A stretch of 32,000 nt of DNA. Source: Sphingobium sp. SCG-1. GTDB lineage: Bacteria; Pseudomonadota; Alphaproteobacteria; Sphingomonadales; Sphingomonadaceae. The number at the start of each line of letters is the position of its first letter. Position 1 is the stretch's first letter. The notes beneath the pieces are model-generated. The model was given only the letters and a program-made list of their open reading frames with translations. It was not told the DNA's origin and did not search any database. Positions 9,898 to 19,911 of this stretch are shown here, one piece after another. Both the position numbers and the translations under genes were made by a program. The stretch is taken from contig NZ_CP026372.1 in NCBI RefSeq assembly GCF_002953135.1, forward strand, positions 2,842,300 to 2,874,299, given 5' to 3'.

Positions 9898-10992
9898 ATG
9901 AGCGACGAGACATCCTACAGCTATGCCCAGGCGGGCGTTGATATTGCCAAGGGCAATGCCTTGGTACGCGCGATTGCGCCATTGGCGAAAGCCACGCGTC
10001 GCCCCGGTGCGGACGCGGAACTGGGCGGCTTTGGCGGTTTCTTTGATCTGAAAGCGGCGGGCTATAGTGATCCGCTGCTTGTGGCTGCGAATGATGGCGT
10101 CGGCACGAAGTTGAAGCTCGCAATCGATCATGATCGTCATGACGGCGTTGGCATCGACCTTGTTGCGATGTGCGCCAACGACCTGATCGTACAGGGTGCC
10201 GAGCCGCTGTTCTTTCTCGATTACTATGCCACCGGGAAGCTGGAGAGCGGCATTGCAGAGCGCGTCATCGCAGGCATTGCCGAAGGCTGCCGCTTAGCAG
10301 GCTGCGCGCTGATCGGCGGCGAGACCGCCGAGATGCCCGGAATGTACGCGCCTGGCGATTATGACCTTGCGGGCTTCTGCGTCGGTGCGGTCGAGCGGTC
10401 GCAGGCATTGACAGGAACGCGGGTCGCGCCGGGTGATGTTCTTCTGGGCCTTGCGTCGTCCGGTGTCCATTCCAATGGCTTTTCGCTTGTGCGTCGCCTA
10501 GCGGCCGACAAAGGCTGGAAGCTTGAACGCCCCGCGTTATTCGATAACGAAGTCATTCTGATCGACGCGCTGATGGCGCCGACGCGGATTTACGTGAAGT
10601 CGTTGTTACCTTTGGTGCGTGGCGGCAAGATCAATGCCCTTGCCCATATTACTGGCGGGGGATTGCTGGAGAATATCCCCCGCGTTCTGCCCGAGGGGAG
10701 TCATGCGGTAGTCGACGCGGACTCATGGGAGCAATTGCGGTTGATGGCCTTCCTGCAGGCGCAGGGGAATATAGAGCCGGAGGAAATGGCGCGGACCTTC
10801 AACTGCGGGATCGGCATGGTGCTGGCGGTGGATGAGGACCAGGTAAACACTGTCACCAGAGCGCTCGAAGTTGACGGTGAAACTGTATACAAAATCGGCG
10901 TTGTGGAAGCGGGCGAAAAGGGGTGCACGGTGCGCGGCTCCATCGAAACGTGGAGCGCGAAAGCGGACTGGACCGCGACACATAGAGGCTGA
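9898..10992 (+). CDS. purM: Phosphoribosylformylglycinamidine cyclo-ligase (AIR synthetase)
   Basis: 364 aa. [32 protein letters not shown] and [11 protein letters not shown] are typical PurM motifs. Confidence 0.97.
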   Translation: MSDETSYSYAQAGVDIAKGNALVRAIAPLAKATRRPGADAELGGFGGFFDLKAAGYSDPLLVAANDGVGTKLKLAIDHDRHDGVGIDLVAMCANDLIVQGAEPLFFLDYYATGKLESGIAERVIAGIAEGCRLAGCALIGGETAEMPGMYAPGDYDLAGFCVGAVERSQALTGTRVAPGDVLLGLASSGVHSNGFSLVRRLAADKGWKLERPALFDNEVILIDALMAPTRIYVKSLLPLVRGGKINALAHITGGGLLENIPRVLPEGSHAVVDADSWEQLRLMAFLQAQGNIEPEEMARTFNCGIGMVLAVDEDQVNTVTRALEVDGETVYKIGVVEAGEKGCTVRGSIETWSAKADWTATHRG

Positions 10993-10994
10993 AG

Positions 10995-11957
10995 TTGAGG
11001 GTCATGACCAAAGCCAAGGTCGCCATTCTGATCTCCGGGCGCGGATCGAACATGATGGCGCTGCTCTATGCCTCGCGATTGCCCGATTCCCCCTACGAAG
11101 TCGTTCTGGTTGCATCCAACGATCCGGAAGCGCCGGGACTCCCTTTAGCCGCTGCCGAGGGTGTTCCCACATTTGCCCATAGCCACAAAGGGCTGGACCG
11201 AGTCAGCTTCGACGCGATCATGGATGCGCAATTACGTGCCGTTGGTGCCGATTATGTCGCCTTGGCCGGATATATGCGCATCCTCTCGACCGAGTTCGTG
11301 GCGAGTTGGGAGGGCCGGATGCTCAACATCCATCCCTCGCTGCTGCCGAAGTACAAGGGGCTGGATACGCACGGCCGCTCCATTGTCGCCGGGGACAGCC
11401 ATGCGGGCTGTTCAGTGCATCTAGTGACGGCGGAGTTGGATGATGGGCCGGTTCTCGGCCAGGTCCCAGTGAAGATCGTGCCCGGCGAAACGCCGGACAG
11501 CCTGGCGAGCCGCGTTGTCTTTGCGGAGCATCAACTTTACCCAAAGGTTCTGGCGGATTTCGTTCGGCGGGACACCCACCCTGAGTGGCTGCTGTCGAAG
11601 GTTCGGGAGTTTGCGCTGGCTCTGCCCGAGACGGAGGAAAAGGCATCCCATGGCAGCCCCGGCTTCTTCGTGAGCGGCGGCAAATTCTTCGCCTATTTCA
11701 GTTACAATCATCACCACGATGGCGTCACCGGCTTGCTGGTGAAGACAAGTGGCGTGGAGGAGCAGGCGATGCTGATCGATCGCGATCCCGACCTCTATTA
11801 CCGTCCCGCCTATCTTGGGCCTTCGGGCTGGATAGGCATCCGCCTGGACCGAGGCGGCAACGATTGGGAGCATATCGCCGATTGGTTGCAAAAGAGTTGG
11901 CGGCTTTCCGCGCCGAAACGGCTTACCAAGATGATGAATATCGCCGACGCGTTCTAA
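10995..11957 (+). CDS. purN: Phosphoribosylglycinamide formyltransferase fused to a C-terminal MmcQ/YjbR-like domain
   Basis: Residues 1-192 are PurN (ILISGRGSNM, NIHPSLLPKYKG, VHLVTAELDDGPVLGQ). Residues 193-320 (nt 11571-11954) look like the YjbR/MmcQ family (ALALPETEEKASHGSPGFFVSGGKFFAYFS ... GPSGWIGIRLD ... SWRLSAPKRL). It is one uninterrupted ORF. The start is TTG 10995 (AGAGG upstream) or ATG 11004. Confidence 0.88.
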   Translation: MRVMTKAKVAILISGRGSNMMALLYASRLPDSPYEVVLVASNDPEAPGLPLAAAEGVPTFAHSHKGLDRVSFDAIMDAQLRAVGADYVALAGYMRILSTEFVASWEGRMLNIHPSLLPKYKGLDTHGRSIVAGDSHAGCSVHLVTAELDDGPVLGQVPVKIVPGETPDSLASRVVFAEHQLYPKVLADFVRRDTHPEWLLSKVREFALALPETEEKASHGSPGFFVSGGKFFAYFSYNHHHDGVTGLLVKTSGVEEQAMLIDRDPDLYYRPAYLGPSGWIGIRLDRGGNDWEHIADWLQKSWRLSAPKRLTKMMNIADAF

Positions 11958-12490
11958 AGCGTGCGGGCCATGACCTTGTCGTAGAAAAGCTGCTGCCCTA
12001 CCACGAATTCACGCTCACCGATCATCTCGAAACCGGCTTTGCGATAAAAGGCAATCGCCCGATGGTTTTCGCTATAAACTCCCAGCAGCAGCCTGCGCTT
12101 GCCCATCGACCGCGCCGCGTCGATCGCAATATCCACCAGGCGATGCGCCAGCCCGCCGCCATGATAACGCGAGAAGATATAGATGCGCTTCAATTCGATA
12201 TCGTCCGGCAGCGCCTGCGTCAGGTCGGAGGTTGTAAGAACCTGATAGCCTATGGGCGCTGCAGTGACGGGTAATTCCGCAAGCCAGCACCGCGTATTAG
12301 CCGTGTCAGCCAACAGCGTGTTATAATAAGCGACACCGTGCGGTCCCTGCGCGTGGGCGAGGAGATTGGCCGCATCGATGCTATCGCCGAACGTTTCCAG
12401 AAACGTGGCGCCGCCGATCAGCGAAAGCATCGCTGCGTCGGCGGCGTTACAAGCCCTTATGCGGGGCGCAGTGTCGGCAACGTTCAGCAA
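11954..12490 (-). CDS. GNAT family N-acetyltransferase
   Basis: 178 aa. The acetyl-CoA binding region (IFSRYHGGGLAHRLVDIAIDAARSMGKRRLLLGVYSENHRAIAFYRKAGF) is a typical GNAT motif A/B. TTG start 2 nt after the ndk stop. Its 3' end overlaps the purN 3' end by 4 nt. Confidence 0.85.
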   Translation of the reverse strand: MLNVADTAPRIRACNAADAAMLSLIGGATFLETFGDSIDAANLLAHAQGPHGVAYYNTLLADTANTRCWLAELPVTAAPIGYQVLTTSDLTQALPDDIELKRIYIFSRYHGGGLAHRLVDIAIDAARSMGKRRLLLGVYSENHRAIAFYRKAGFEMIGEREFVVGQQLFYDKVMARTL

Positions 12491-12492
12491 GA

Positions 12493-12915
12493 TCAGCCGA
12501 CGATTTCTTCCGGCTTGAAGAAATAGGCGATTTCGGTCGCCGCGTTTTCTTCACTATCCGAACCATGGACCGAGTTCGCTTCGATCGATTCGGCCAGCTC
12601 CTTGCGGATCGTACCGGCATCAGCATTCTCAGGGTTGGTCGCACCCATGACGTCGCGATTGCGCTTCACGGCGTCTTCGCCTTCCAGAACCTGAACGACG
12701 ACGGGGCCGGAAATCATGAACGATACCAGATCATTGAAGAAGGGGCGTTCGCGGTGCACGCCGTAAAAGCCCTCGGCTTGATCCTTGGTCATCTGGATGC
12801 GCTTGGAAGCCACAACGCGCAGGCCGGCTTCTTCCAGCATCTTGGTAACAGCGCCGGTCAGGTTGCGGCGCGTCGCGTCCGGCTTGATGATCGAAAAGGT
12901 GCGGGTCGCGGCCAT
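12493..12915 (-). CDS. ndk: Nucleoside-diphosphate kinase
   Basis: 140 aa. [20 protein letters not shown] and NSVHGSDS (active-site His) are present. Confidence 0.98.
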   Translation of the reverse strand: MAATRTFSIIKPDATRRNLTGAVTKMLEEAGLRVVASKRIQMTKDQAEGFYGVHRERPFFNDLVSFMISGPVVVQVLEGEDAVKRNRDVMGATNPENADAGTIRKELAESIEANSVHGSDSEENAATEIAYFFKPEEIVG

Positions 12916-13010
12916 GGCGATGAAACTCCAAGAATGCAGGAAGGATAAGGTCGGCGCCCTTTAGCCGCGCTGCGCGCACCCTGCAAGTTTGTTGAAGCGG
13001 ATAGGGAACG

Positions 13011-13448
13011 TCACGGACCCTGCATCCATTTGCCGCCCTCTTGTCGCCAGAAACGCGGTTCCACATTGGGTCTATCGCGCAAGGCCCGCCAGCTTTGGCG
13101 TGCGCCATCGATGGTCAGCGAATCGAAAAAGTAGAAGGCGCGGTCGAACGACAGCGCATCCTCTCGCCATTCGCCGTCAGCCAAGGCGATGAAGCGCGCG
13201 TCGTTGACAGGCTCGCATGCTTCCGACAGCAGGATCGGCTGGACAGCCTCGTTCCTTTCTCCCTTAAAACCATGCGCGAGAAAGCTTGCAGGGTCCGTAC
13301 ACCACAAGCCCTCGGAGATAGCGTCGCGCTGGTCCTTTTCCGCAGCCACGACCAGCAGGCGGCCGCCGTTGGCAAGCACGCGCGCCGCGATCGCGGGGAG
13401 CACTTTGCTCACCGGATCACGGCTTAGCTGGTAGAAATCGACTTGCAT
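13011..13448 (-). CDS. holC: DNA polymerase III subunit chi
   Basis: 145 aa. MQVDFYQLSRDP... and ISEGLWCTDPASFLAHG are typical chi sequences. The ATG overlaps the pepA TGA by 1 nt (TGATG). Confidence 0.9.
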   Translation of the reverse strand: MQVDFYQLSRDPVSKVLPAIAARVLANGGRLLVVAAEKDQRDAISEGLWCTDPASFLAHGFKGERNEAVQPILLSEACEPVNDARFIALADGEWREDALSFDRAFYFFDSLTIDGARQSWRALRDRPNVEPRFWRQEGGKWMQGP

Positions 13449-14896
13449 CAGATCTCGAACTTATCCGCAACGAGGCGGTCGAGCAGACGCACGCCATAGC
13501 CGGTCGCGCCCTTATCCCACACCGCACCGGGCTTGTCCGCCCATACCATGCCGGCGATATCGAGATGCGCCCACTTCACGCCCTCATTGACGAAGCGCTT
13601 TATGAACTGCGCCGCCGTGATCGATCCGGCAAAGCGCGGGCCAATGTTCTTCATGTCGGCAATCGGGCTGTCGATCAACTTGTTGTAGGCGTCTGACATG
13701 GGGAAGCGCCATAGCGTTTCGCCGACCGCAGTGCCGGCTTCGGCCAAGTCCTGCGCCAAGCCGTCGTCGTTGGCGAACAGTCCGCCATGCTGATCGCCCA
13801 ACGCAACCATCATCGCACCCGTCAACGTGGCGAGATCGACGATGATCTCGGGCGCAAACTGCTTCTGCGTCCAGGTGATGACATCGCAAAGAACAAGGCG
13901 GCCTTCGGCATCGGTGTTAAGCACTTCGATGGTCTGACCCGACATCGATGTTACGATATCGCCGGGACGTTGCGCGTTACCGTCGGGCATGTTCTCGACG
14001 AGGCCGCAGATACCGACGATGTGCGCCTTCGCCTTGCGGCCAGCGAGCGCCTTCATTGCGCCCGCGACGGCGCCCGCGCCGCCCATGTCCCACTTCATGT
14101 CTTCCATGCCCGCGCCGGGCTTCAGCGAGATACCGCCAGTGTCAAAGGTGACGCCCTTGCCAACGAATGCGACCGGCTTCGTCTGTGCACCATTGGTGCC
14201 GTCCCAGCGCATCGCGAGGATGCGGGGCTTGCGCGGCGATCCCTGCGCCACGCCGAGCAATGCGCCCATGCCGAACTCCGCCATCTGGTTTTCGTCCAAT
14301 ATGGTGATCTCGATGCCCAGATCGGTCAGATGCTGGCAACGTTCGACGAAGCTTTCAGGATAGATGATATTGGCAGGCTCGGACACGAGTTCACGAGTCA
14401 GCGCCACACCATCGGCAACGGCGGACAGCGCAGCCCATTCGGCGCTGCCTTCGCCGCTTACGATGGTGACCGACTTCAGCGTCGGCTTCGCCTTTTCCGG
14501 CTGACGCGTGCGGTAGGTGTCGATGCGCCAGCCGCGGAGGCGTGCACCGAATGCCAGTCGCGCAGCCGACTTACCGGTGGCGCCGAGTGGGAACTCAACG
14601 GCCACGTTCGCTGCGCCAGATGTAGCAAGACGCGCCGTCAATGCGCCGCCCGCCTTCTCCATATCCAGATCGCCGCCATCGCCGGTCCCAAGAAGGACGA
14701 CACGCAACGTCGTGCCGTTCTCATCGACAAAACTCTCGAACGTAGCGCCAGCGTCGCCCGTGAAGCGCGCCGCGTTTGCGCCCTCCACCAGAATGCGCGA
14801 CGCCGTAATAGGTGCGTTTGTCGACCCATCCTTTGGAATGGCAAACACCAGCGTGTCGAAAGTATTCGGGCGAGAAGGGCTAAACGCAATATCCAT
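13448..14896 (-). CDS. pepA: Leucyl aminopeptidase (M17)
   Basis: VGKGVTFDTGGISLKP and NTDAEGRLVLCD are M17 metal-site motifs. The track ORF starts at TTG 14914. ATG 14896 (MDIAFSP...) with GGAAAG upstream is the more likely start. Confidence 0.95.
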   Translation of the reverse strand: MDIAFSPSRPNTFDTLVFAIPKDGSTNAPITASRILVEGANAARFTGDAGATFESFVDENGTTLRVVLLGTGDGGDLDMEKAGGALTARLATSGAANVAVEFPLGATGKSAARLAFGARLRGWRIDTYRTRQPEKAKPTLKSVTIVSGEGSAEWAALSAVADGVALTRELVSEPANIIYPESFVERCQHLTDLGIEITILDENQMAEFGMGALLGVAQGSPRKPRILAMRWDGTNGAQTKPVAFVGKGVTFDTGGISLKPGAGMEDMKWDMGGAGAVAGAMKALAGRKAKAHIVGICGLVENMPDGNAQRPGDIVTSMSGQTIEVLNTDAEGRLVLCDVITWTQKQFAPEIIVDLATLTGAMMVALGDQHGGLFANDDGLAQDLAEAGTAVGETLWRFPMSDAYNKLIDSPIADMKNIGPRFAGSITAAQFIKRFVNEGVKWAHLDIAGMVWADKPGAVWDKGATGYGVRLLDRLVADKFEI

Positions 14897-15109
14897 CAGG
14901 GTCATTCTTTCCAAAGCAAACGAGGCGCCGGGTTCCGGCAGAAGGCTGATCCCGTCGGGATTACTTGCTCAGATAGTGCGCCTGACGCGCCGTGGCAAAG
15001 TGCTTCGACGCAATTCCGCGTCATCTGCACGGCGAAGGCGATTGCGGCGGGCGCGCAGCAATGCAATAGGCTCCTGTGCAGCGCCTACGGAAAGTACGTC
15101 ATACTCCTC

Positions 15110-17359
15110 ATGAAAAGTCGTAATCGCCTGTTCGGTCCGCTCTTCGCGACGCAAGGCCTTGTGTGGGCACTGGCAGTCACGCAGGCTCAGGGGCAGACGC
15201 TGAATACCCCAACCGCGCCGTTGCAGCAGGCTGACACTCCCGCGCCTGCTAGCGAAGAGGAGATCGCATTTGCGGCCGATCAACTCGATTACAACTCCAA
15301 TACGGATGTGGTGACGGCGACAGGCAACGTGCAGATGGTGCGTCAGGGCAATCGCCTGCGCGCCGATGGCGTGACATGGGAACGCAAGACCGGCAAGGTC
15401 CTGGCGACCGGCAATGTCTCCGTCACTGATCCCGAAGGCAACATCGCCTATGGCGACAAGGTCGATGTCACCGATACGTTGAAAGACGGCGTGGTCGAGA
15501 ACATGCTGCTGGTGCTGGAAAGTGGCGGCCGTCTGGCGGCGGCGAAAGCAACTCGGGTTGATGGCGTGTATACGCTGGACCACGCAGCTTACTCCGGATG
15601 CTCCGTGGAAGACGCGGACGGCTGTCCGAAAGAACCAACCTGGCAGATCAAAGCGGTGAAGGTCGTCTATGATCCGAATCGTCAGCGGGTCAGCTACAAG
15701 AACGCCAAAATCGAGCTGTTCGGCCTTCCGCTCATCCCATTGCCCGGATTATCGCATCCTGTAGGAGAAGGCGGAGGCAACGGACTTCTCGTGCCCGACA
15801 TGCGCTATGATCGGGTAAATGGGCTGGAAGTGGCACTGCCATATTACATAACGATTGCTCCTAATCGCGATCTGACGATTACACCTCGCTTTTTTTCGGA
15901 CGCGCTTCCGATGGTTGCGGCCAATTACCGGGCGTTGCTCGACAGGGGCGCGTATCAAATCACCGGTTATGCGACCTATGGTTCGCGACTGCCTGCGTCC
16001 AACGTTGCTCCATCAGTCAATTCAGAAAAGGATTTCCGGGGATATTTCGATGCCAGCGGCCGCTTCCAGCTTGATCCGGAGTGGAGTTTGAGCGGATCGA
16101 TACGTGTGGCGACCGACCGTACGTTTCTGCGCCGCTATGACATCAGTCGCGACGACCGGCTGCGCTCAACGGTTCAGGCTGAGCGCATTGGCGAACGCAG
16201 CTATTTCTCTCTGTCCGGCTGGGCCACGCAGACATTGCGAGCCAACGATATTCAGGGGCAGGTGCCGATCGCGCTGCCCATCGTCGACTACCGTCTGCGC
16301 ATGTCGGACCCTATCTTGGGCGGCGTCATCCAGTTGCAGGCGAACAGCCTCGCCATCACCCGGACACAGGGGCAAGACACGCAGCGAGCATTCGTCGGCG
16401 CGCAATGGAACCTGCGCAAGCTTACGGGCCTTGGGCAGGAGGTCACATTTACCGGCTATCTGCGTGGGGACGTCTACCACAGCGACCAGAACAACCTGAC
16501 GCAGACAGTGAGTTATCGCAGCAACAGCGGTTGGGAAACGCGTGGGATTGCCGCCGCCGCTGTCGATGTGCGGTGGCCGTTCATTGGTGAAGCATTTGGT
16601 GGCACGCAAAGGATTACGCCGCGCGTGCAGGTGGTTGCCGCCCCCCGTTTGGCAAATCTTTCCGTTCCGAACGAGGACGCCCGCGCCGTCGATCTGGAAG
16701 ACAGCAATCTCTTCGCGCTCAATCGCTTTCCCGGATATGACCGATTCGAAGACTCAACCCGTGTTACTTATGGTCTCGAGTATCGGCTCGATCGCGATAA
16801 TGTGTCTCTCAGCACCATAGTGGGGCAGAGTTATCGTCTGGATGCGCGCCCAGGCATCCTGCCGGATGGCACAGGGTTGTCGGAAAGGTTCTCCGATATT
16901 GTGGGGCGCACCAACGTCAAGTTCACTGACTTCGTCAGCCTCACGCATCGCTTCCGGCTCGACAAGGATAGCCTCGCGGTGAGACGGAACGAAGTCGATG
17001 CAACGGTGGGGACGCGCAAGACTTACGCAACGGTCGGTTATCTCCGGCTCAATCGCAATGCCTCCACCGCCCTGGAGGATCTACAGGACCGCGAGGAAAT
17101 CAGGCTCGGCGGCAGGGTGCAGGTGACGCAATTCTGGTCGGTCTTCGGCTCTACGGTGATCGACCTAACCGATGCGAGCGAAGATCCGATATCGTTTGCT
17201 GACGGTTATCAGCCGGTCCGCCATCGTCTTGGCCTGTCCTATCAGGACGACTGCCTGGAATTCGGCCTGACCTGGAAGCGGGACTATCGCGCCACCGGAG
17301 ATGCACGTGCCGGCAACACATTCCTGCTGCGGCTGGCTTTTCGCAATTTGGGCATATAA
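15110..17359 (+). CDS. lptD: LPS-assembly outer-membrane protein LptD
   Basis: This is the 3' 750 codons of track ORF 13787..17359. ATG 15110 gives a signal peptide (MKSRNRLFGPLFATQGLVWALAVTQA/QG). An OstA-like N-terminal domain follows (ADQLDYNSNTDVVTATGNVQM...GNRLRADGVTWERKTGKVLATGNV), then a large beta-barrel. It is followed by surA-pdxA-rsmA as in the classical cluster. Confidence 0.92.
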   Translation: MKSRNRLFGPLFATQGLVWALAVTQAQGQTLNTPTAPLQQADTPAPASEEEIAFAADQLDYNSNTDVVTATGNVQMVRQGNRLRADGVTWERKTGKVLATGNVSVTDPEGNIAYGDKVDVTDTLKDGVVENMLLVLESGGRLAAAKATRVDGVYTLDHAAYSGCSVEDADGCPKEPTWQIKAVKVVYDPNRQRVSYKNAKIELFGLPLIPLPGLSHPVGEGGGNGLLVPDMRYDRVNGLEVALPYYITIAPNRDLTITPRFFSDALPMVAANYRALLDRGAYQITGYATYGSRLPASNVAPSVNSEKDFRGYFDASGRFQLDPEWSLSGSIRVATDRTFLRRYDISRDDRLRSTVQAERIGERSYFSLSGWATQTLRANDIQGQVPIALPIVDYRLRMSDPILGGVIQLQANSLAITRTQGQDTQRAFVGAQWNLRKLTGLGQEVTFTGYLRGDVYHSDQNNLTQTVSYRSNSGWETRGIAAAAVDVRWPFIGEAFGGTQRITPRVQVVAAPRLANLSVPNEDARAVDLEDSNLFALNRFPGYDRFEDSTRVTYGLEYRLDRDNVSLSTIVGQSYRLDARPGILPDGTGLSERFSDIVGRTNVKFTDFVSLTHRFRLDKDSLAVRRNEVDATVGTRKTYATVGYLRLNRNASTALEDLQDREEIRLGGRVQVTQFWSVFGSTVIDLTDASEDPISFADGYQPVRHRLGLSYQDDCLEFGLTWKRDYRATGDARAGNTFLLRLAFRNLGI

Positions 17360-17492
17360 GGGTGATACGGATTTTGCCCGAGAGGGTGTTCCGGTGTATC
17401 GGCCTCAGCCGCTCAGACCGGGTTAATATGCCGTATGCCATGGAGTTTCGCACCGGCATCTGCGGGTGAGAATTGGAGAGTATGTTTCGCTG

Positions 17493-18866
17493 ATGATAGG
17501 TTCTGTGTCTGCCGCTCGCCGGTCTCGCTCCTCCGCACTGCGGAATTCCGTTCTCGCCGTGGCTCTGTTGTCGATCGGAGCGTCCTCCTTTGCGCAGTCC
17601 GTACCGGACGAAGACCGCGCACCTTCCGCCACGCTCGATATTCCGAAGGACGTGACCATCTTCGGCAAGAGCGACCCCAACGTCCGCAAGGCGACGGCCG
17701 TTATCAACGGCGCGATCATCACCGGAACCGATATCGACCAGCGGCTCGCGCTCATCATCACAGCCAATGGCGGCAAGGTTGCCGAGGACGAGAAGGAACG
17801 GTTGCGCGTGCAGGTGCTGCGTAACCTGATCGACGAGACGCTGCAAATCCAGGAAGCGGCGGCCAACGACATCAAGATCGACCGTGCCGAAGTCCAGCAG
17901 AGCTATGAACGTGTCGCAGCGAACTTCAAGCGAAGCCCGCAGGAATTCGACGCCTATCTCCGGGAGCAGGGCAGCTCGTCCAACAGCATCAAGCGCCAGA
18001 TCGAAGGCGAGTTGGCGTGGAACCGGCTGCTTCGTCGGAACGTCCAGCCTTTCGTCAACGTCGGCGAGGATGAAGTAAAGTCGGTCATCGACCGGTTGAA
18101 TGCGGCAAAGGGCACCGATGAATTCCGCATCGGCGAAATCTACCTGTCGGCGACCCCGGAAAATGCAGCGCAGATTACCGAGAACGCCCGGAACATCATC
18201 GAGCAGATCCGCAAGGGGGGATCGTTCGCAGCCTATGCGCGCCAGTTCTCCGAAGCTTCCACGGCGGCTGTCGGCGGCGATCTTGGTTGGGTGCGCCCGG
18301 CGCAGTTGCCTGATGAATTGGCCACTGCGGCAGCAGAAATGCAGGTCGGGCAGATTGCTGGTCCGATCGCCGTCCCCGGTGGAATGTCGTTGTTGTACGT
18401 CATGGACAAGCGCAAGGTTCTGACCGCTGATCCGCGCGATGCGCTGCTCAGCCTCAAGCAATTGTCGATCGCGTTTCCGAAGGGCATTACCAAGGAGCAG
18501 GCATCTGCCAAGGCTGCTGAATTCGCACAGGCGACGAAGGCTGTGCAGGGATGCGGTGCGGCCAATACCGTGGGCGCGAAGTTGGGTGCAGATGTCGTCG
18601 ACAACGACAACGTCAAGGTGCGCGACTTGCCGCCACAGTTGCAGGAGATGCTGCTGGGGCTTCAAATAGGTCAGTCGACGCCGCCATTTGGTTCGGTCGA
18701 CGAGGGCGTGCGAGTACTCGTGCTGTGCGGTCGAGACGATGCTGCAGGCGAAGGCGCGCCATCCTACGACCAGATCATGGCGCAGATGGAAGAGGAACGC
18801 GTCAACAAGCGCGCGCGCATCTACCTTCGCGATCTTCGCCGCGATGCGGTGATCGATTATAACTGA
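17493..18866 (+). CDS. surA: Periplasmic chaperone / peptidyl-prolyl isomerase SurA
   Basis: Signal peptide (…LAVALLSIGASSFAQS), a SurA N-terminal domain, and a parvulin PPIase region (GGDLGWVRPAQLPDELA...GQIAGPI). The likely start is ATG 17493 with GGAGAG upstream. The track ORF starts at GTG 17466. Confidence 0.9.
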   Translation: MIGSVSAARRSRSSALRNSVLAVALLSIGASSFAQSVPDEDRAPSATLDIPKDVTIFGKSDPNVRKATAVINGAIITGTDIDQRLALIITANGGKVAEDEKERLRVQVLRNLIDETLQIQEAAANDIKIDRAEVQQSYERVAANFKRSPQEFDAYLREQGSSSNSIKRQIEGELAWNRLLRRNVQPFVNVGEDEVKSVIDRLNAAKGTDEFRIGEIYLSATPENAAQITENARNIIEQIRKGGSFAAYARQFSEASTAAVGGDLGWVRPAQLPDELATAAAEMQVGQIAGPIAVPGGMSLLYVMDKRKVLTADPRDALLSLKQLSIAFPKGITKEQASAKAAEFAQATKAVQGCGAANTVGAKLGADVVDNDNVKVRDLPPQLQEMLLGLQIGQSTPPFGSVDEGVRVLVLCGRDDAAGEGAPSYDQIMAQMEEERVNKRARIYLRDLRRDAVIDYN

Positions 18867-19900
18867 TGAGCAGTGGTCAGGCGACGTCGGTTTCATCGTC
18901 CGCGCCCGATCCATGCTTTGCCATATCGTTGGGTGATCCTGCTGGCGTAGGTCCGGAGATCGTCGCGAAGGCATGGGTCATGCGGGAGGCGCGTGCTCTT
19001 CCGTGCTTCTTTGCCGTGGGTGATCCCGCCTCCATCAGCGCGGTGTGGAACGGACCTTTGCGCGAGATCGGTTCGCCGGAAGAGGTCGCGGGTGTATTCC
19101 CCGAAGCCCTGCCTTATTTGCGCGTCGCTGATGCGGGGCCGGTCACACCTGGGCAGCCGAGCGTCGATGGCGCGCGGGCAGCGTTGGAGGCGCTGGAGGC
19201 ATCCGTGGGGCTTGCGCGGTCGGGTTCCGCCGCCGGGATTGTCACGGCGCCGGTGGGGAAGACACAGCTTTATGGCGTCGGCTTTAATCATCCGGGGCAG
19301 ACCGAATTCATAGCCGAACGCTGCGGCGTGTCCCATGACAACGCGGTGATGATGCTGGCGGGACCGTCGCTGCGCGTGGTGCCGATCACCATCCATTTGG
19401 CTATCGCGGACGTACCGCAGGCGCTGACCATCGACCTTATTCGCGCGCGAACCATTGCAACGGCCAAGGGATTGCAGCGCAACTTCGGCATTGCCAAGCC
19501 GCGCCTGGTGATGACGGGCCTTAACCCCCATGCCGGAGAGCAGGGCGCGTTGGGCCGCGAAGAGATCGACGTGATTGCGCCCGCCATCGAGTCGCTGAGA
19601 GCCGAGGGCATCGACGTGACGGGGCCGCATTCCGCCGACGGTCTGTTCCATGCGCGGGCGCGCAAGACCTATGATGTGTGCCTGTGCATGTACCACGATC
19701 AGGCGCTGATTCCGGTCAAGACGCTTCATTTCGATGATGGCGTCAACATGACGCTGGGCCTGCCGATCATCCGGACGTCCCCAGACCATGGCACGGCGTT
19801 CGGGATCGCGGGCACCAATTCGGCCAATCCGGGTGCGATGATCGCGGCGATCCGGATGGCCGGGGAAGCCGCGCAGCACCGCCGCGCCGCTGACGCCTGA
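18866..19900 (+). CDS. pdxA: 4-hydroxythreonine-4-phosphate dehydrogenase
   Basis: 344 aa. [30 protein letters not shown] and [10 protein letters not shown] are present. The ATG overlaps the surA TGA by 1 nt. Confidence 0.95.
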   Translation: MSSGQATSVSSSAPDPCFAISLGDPAGVGPEIVAKAWVMREARALPCFFAVGDPASISAVWNGPLREIGSPEEVAGVFPEALPYLRVADAGPVTPGQPSVDGARAALEALEASVGLARSGSAAGIVTAPVGKTQLYGVGFNHPGQTEFIAERCGVSHDNAVMMLAGPSLRVVPITIHLAIADVPQALTIDLIRARTIATAKGLQRNFGIAKPRLVMTGLNPHAGEQGALGREEIDVIAPAIESLRAEGIDVTGPHSADGLFHARARKTYDVCLCMYHDQALIPVKTLHFDDGVNMTLGLPIIRTSPDHGTAFGIAGTNSANPGAMIAAIRMAGEAAQHRRAADA

Positions 19901-19911
19901 AAGCCACGCCG

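Noticed and set aside
9814-10140. An upstream extension of the minus-strand ORF 8581..10140 that overlaps the purM start.
   Set aside because: It would overlap purM by 240 nt. The TM anchor and a GTG with an AAGGA SD occur at 9813. The extension is Arg-rich with no features.
13787-15109. A 441-codon N-terminal extension of the lptD ORF, which makes a 1190-aa ORF in the track.
   Set aside because: The extension is antisense to pepA and has shadow-ORF composition. A proper signal peptide with an AxA-type cleavage site starts at ATG 15110.
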